Assembly: GCA_040954595.2 (NCBI GenBank)
Contig: CM082590.2
Span: 1,178,001-1,242,000 of the forward strand
Direction: 5' to 3'
Length of the DNA: 64,000 nt
Source: Balanoglossus misakiensis
Taxonomy: Eukaryota; Animalia; Hemichordata
Translations under genes and position numbers: made by a program
Shown: positions 63,278-64,000 of the stretch, in pieces
How the letters are laid out: each line of letters starts with the position of its first letter
How positions within the stretch are numbered: the stretch's first letter is position 1
Notes under the pieces: generated by a model
The model's database searches: none
What the model was told of the DNA's origin: nothing
Seen by the model: only the letters and a program-made list of their open reading frames with translations

Positions 63278-64000
63278 AATTAATTTATACAACTATTTAA
63301 AGCTAAAAGTATACATATTTTTCCCAGTTAACTTCGGTATTAAAATGTATTGAAAAAATTTCGGTCCGATGCTCTTTTGTTTGCCAGATCCGAGCTGGCC
63401 GTGACCTGTGACGCGGTGGCTGATGGGTAAACTCGTTGTATTTCAGTATGGCATTCTCCGGGTAAACGCGGAAGTCCAACAAAGCTTCAGAAAACGAGCG
63501 TTTTTTGTCGTTATGATAGCTGGTCAAAGTTGATCGCCTCATTTCTGGGGTCGCTTAGAGGTAGAGGTAAGCTGGGAAAGGATTTTTCCCTCGATAAATT
63601 CGAATTTCCGAAAAACAGCTGCGGTACGGATCCGGAGCGCAGAAGCACCAGTTTTTTCTATGTCGCCTTGCAGGGCTGTGGGTGGAGGCCATGTAACGCC
63701 GGGAACACACAGACCTGTACGCAGGGTGTGAGATTCTTTTAGTCCCTCCACACAGGATATATCAAAGTAAGCTTAAGTTTATAGTATACAAGCGTTCACT
63801 GTTCAGAGTTCACTTTATATGCTTAGTCACTTGGCGGTTTTCTGAATATTTTTCTCTTCCGTTTGAGATACTTTGGCCGGGTAATGTAACAAAGTTGGAT
63901 ACACATCGGCAGCCCTCTCTCCAGTTACCAGTAGACCATCATGACTAGCACATATACAGTTGGCAGGATATGATTCTGGTTTCCTTCGGGTATGTTGTAT

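Overview
AT-rich animal (probably marine invertebrate; inferred) genomic window made almost entirely of nested transposable elements arranged as a giant fold-back palindrome centred at ~39,625-39,811. Each arm carries the same Gmr1-type Gypsy LTR element (integrase before RT, tRNA-Pro PBS, 579-bp LTRs, same ATAT site, same THAP/Kolobok-like insert in gag), a 3'-truncated BEL/Pao element and a copy of a segment that recurs at 60,362-63,712. Only the left arm carries two further insertions. The first is a 4.8-kb RTE-X-like LINE with a 13-bp TSD, a 2A-like DIESNPGP motif in ORF1 and ORF1/ORF2 separated by a single in-frame TAG. The second is a 20.2-kb DNA transposon (16,032-36,245) with TATGG..CCATA termini, a 6-bp TSD and long repeat-rich TIRs, i.e. 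IS3EU-like. By manual splicing it encodes an apparently intact 12-exon, 397-aa DDE transposase. On the opposite strand it carries an intronless BTB-BACK-PHR gene (Cullin-3 adaptor architecture) and a multi-exon gene ending in a UBX-like domain. This ubiquitin-pathway cargo in a giant IS3EU-like element is the most notable observation. No ordinary host gene, rRNA, tRNA or CRISPR array was recognised. All family assignments come from motif recognition by eye, not database searches.
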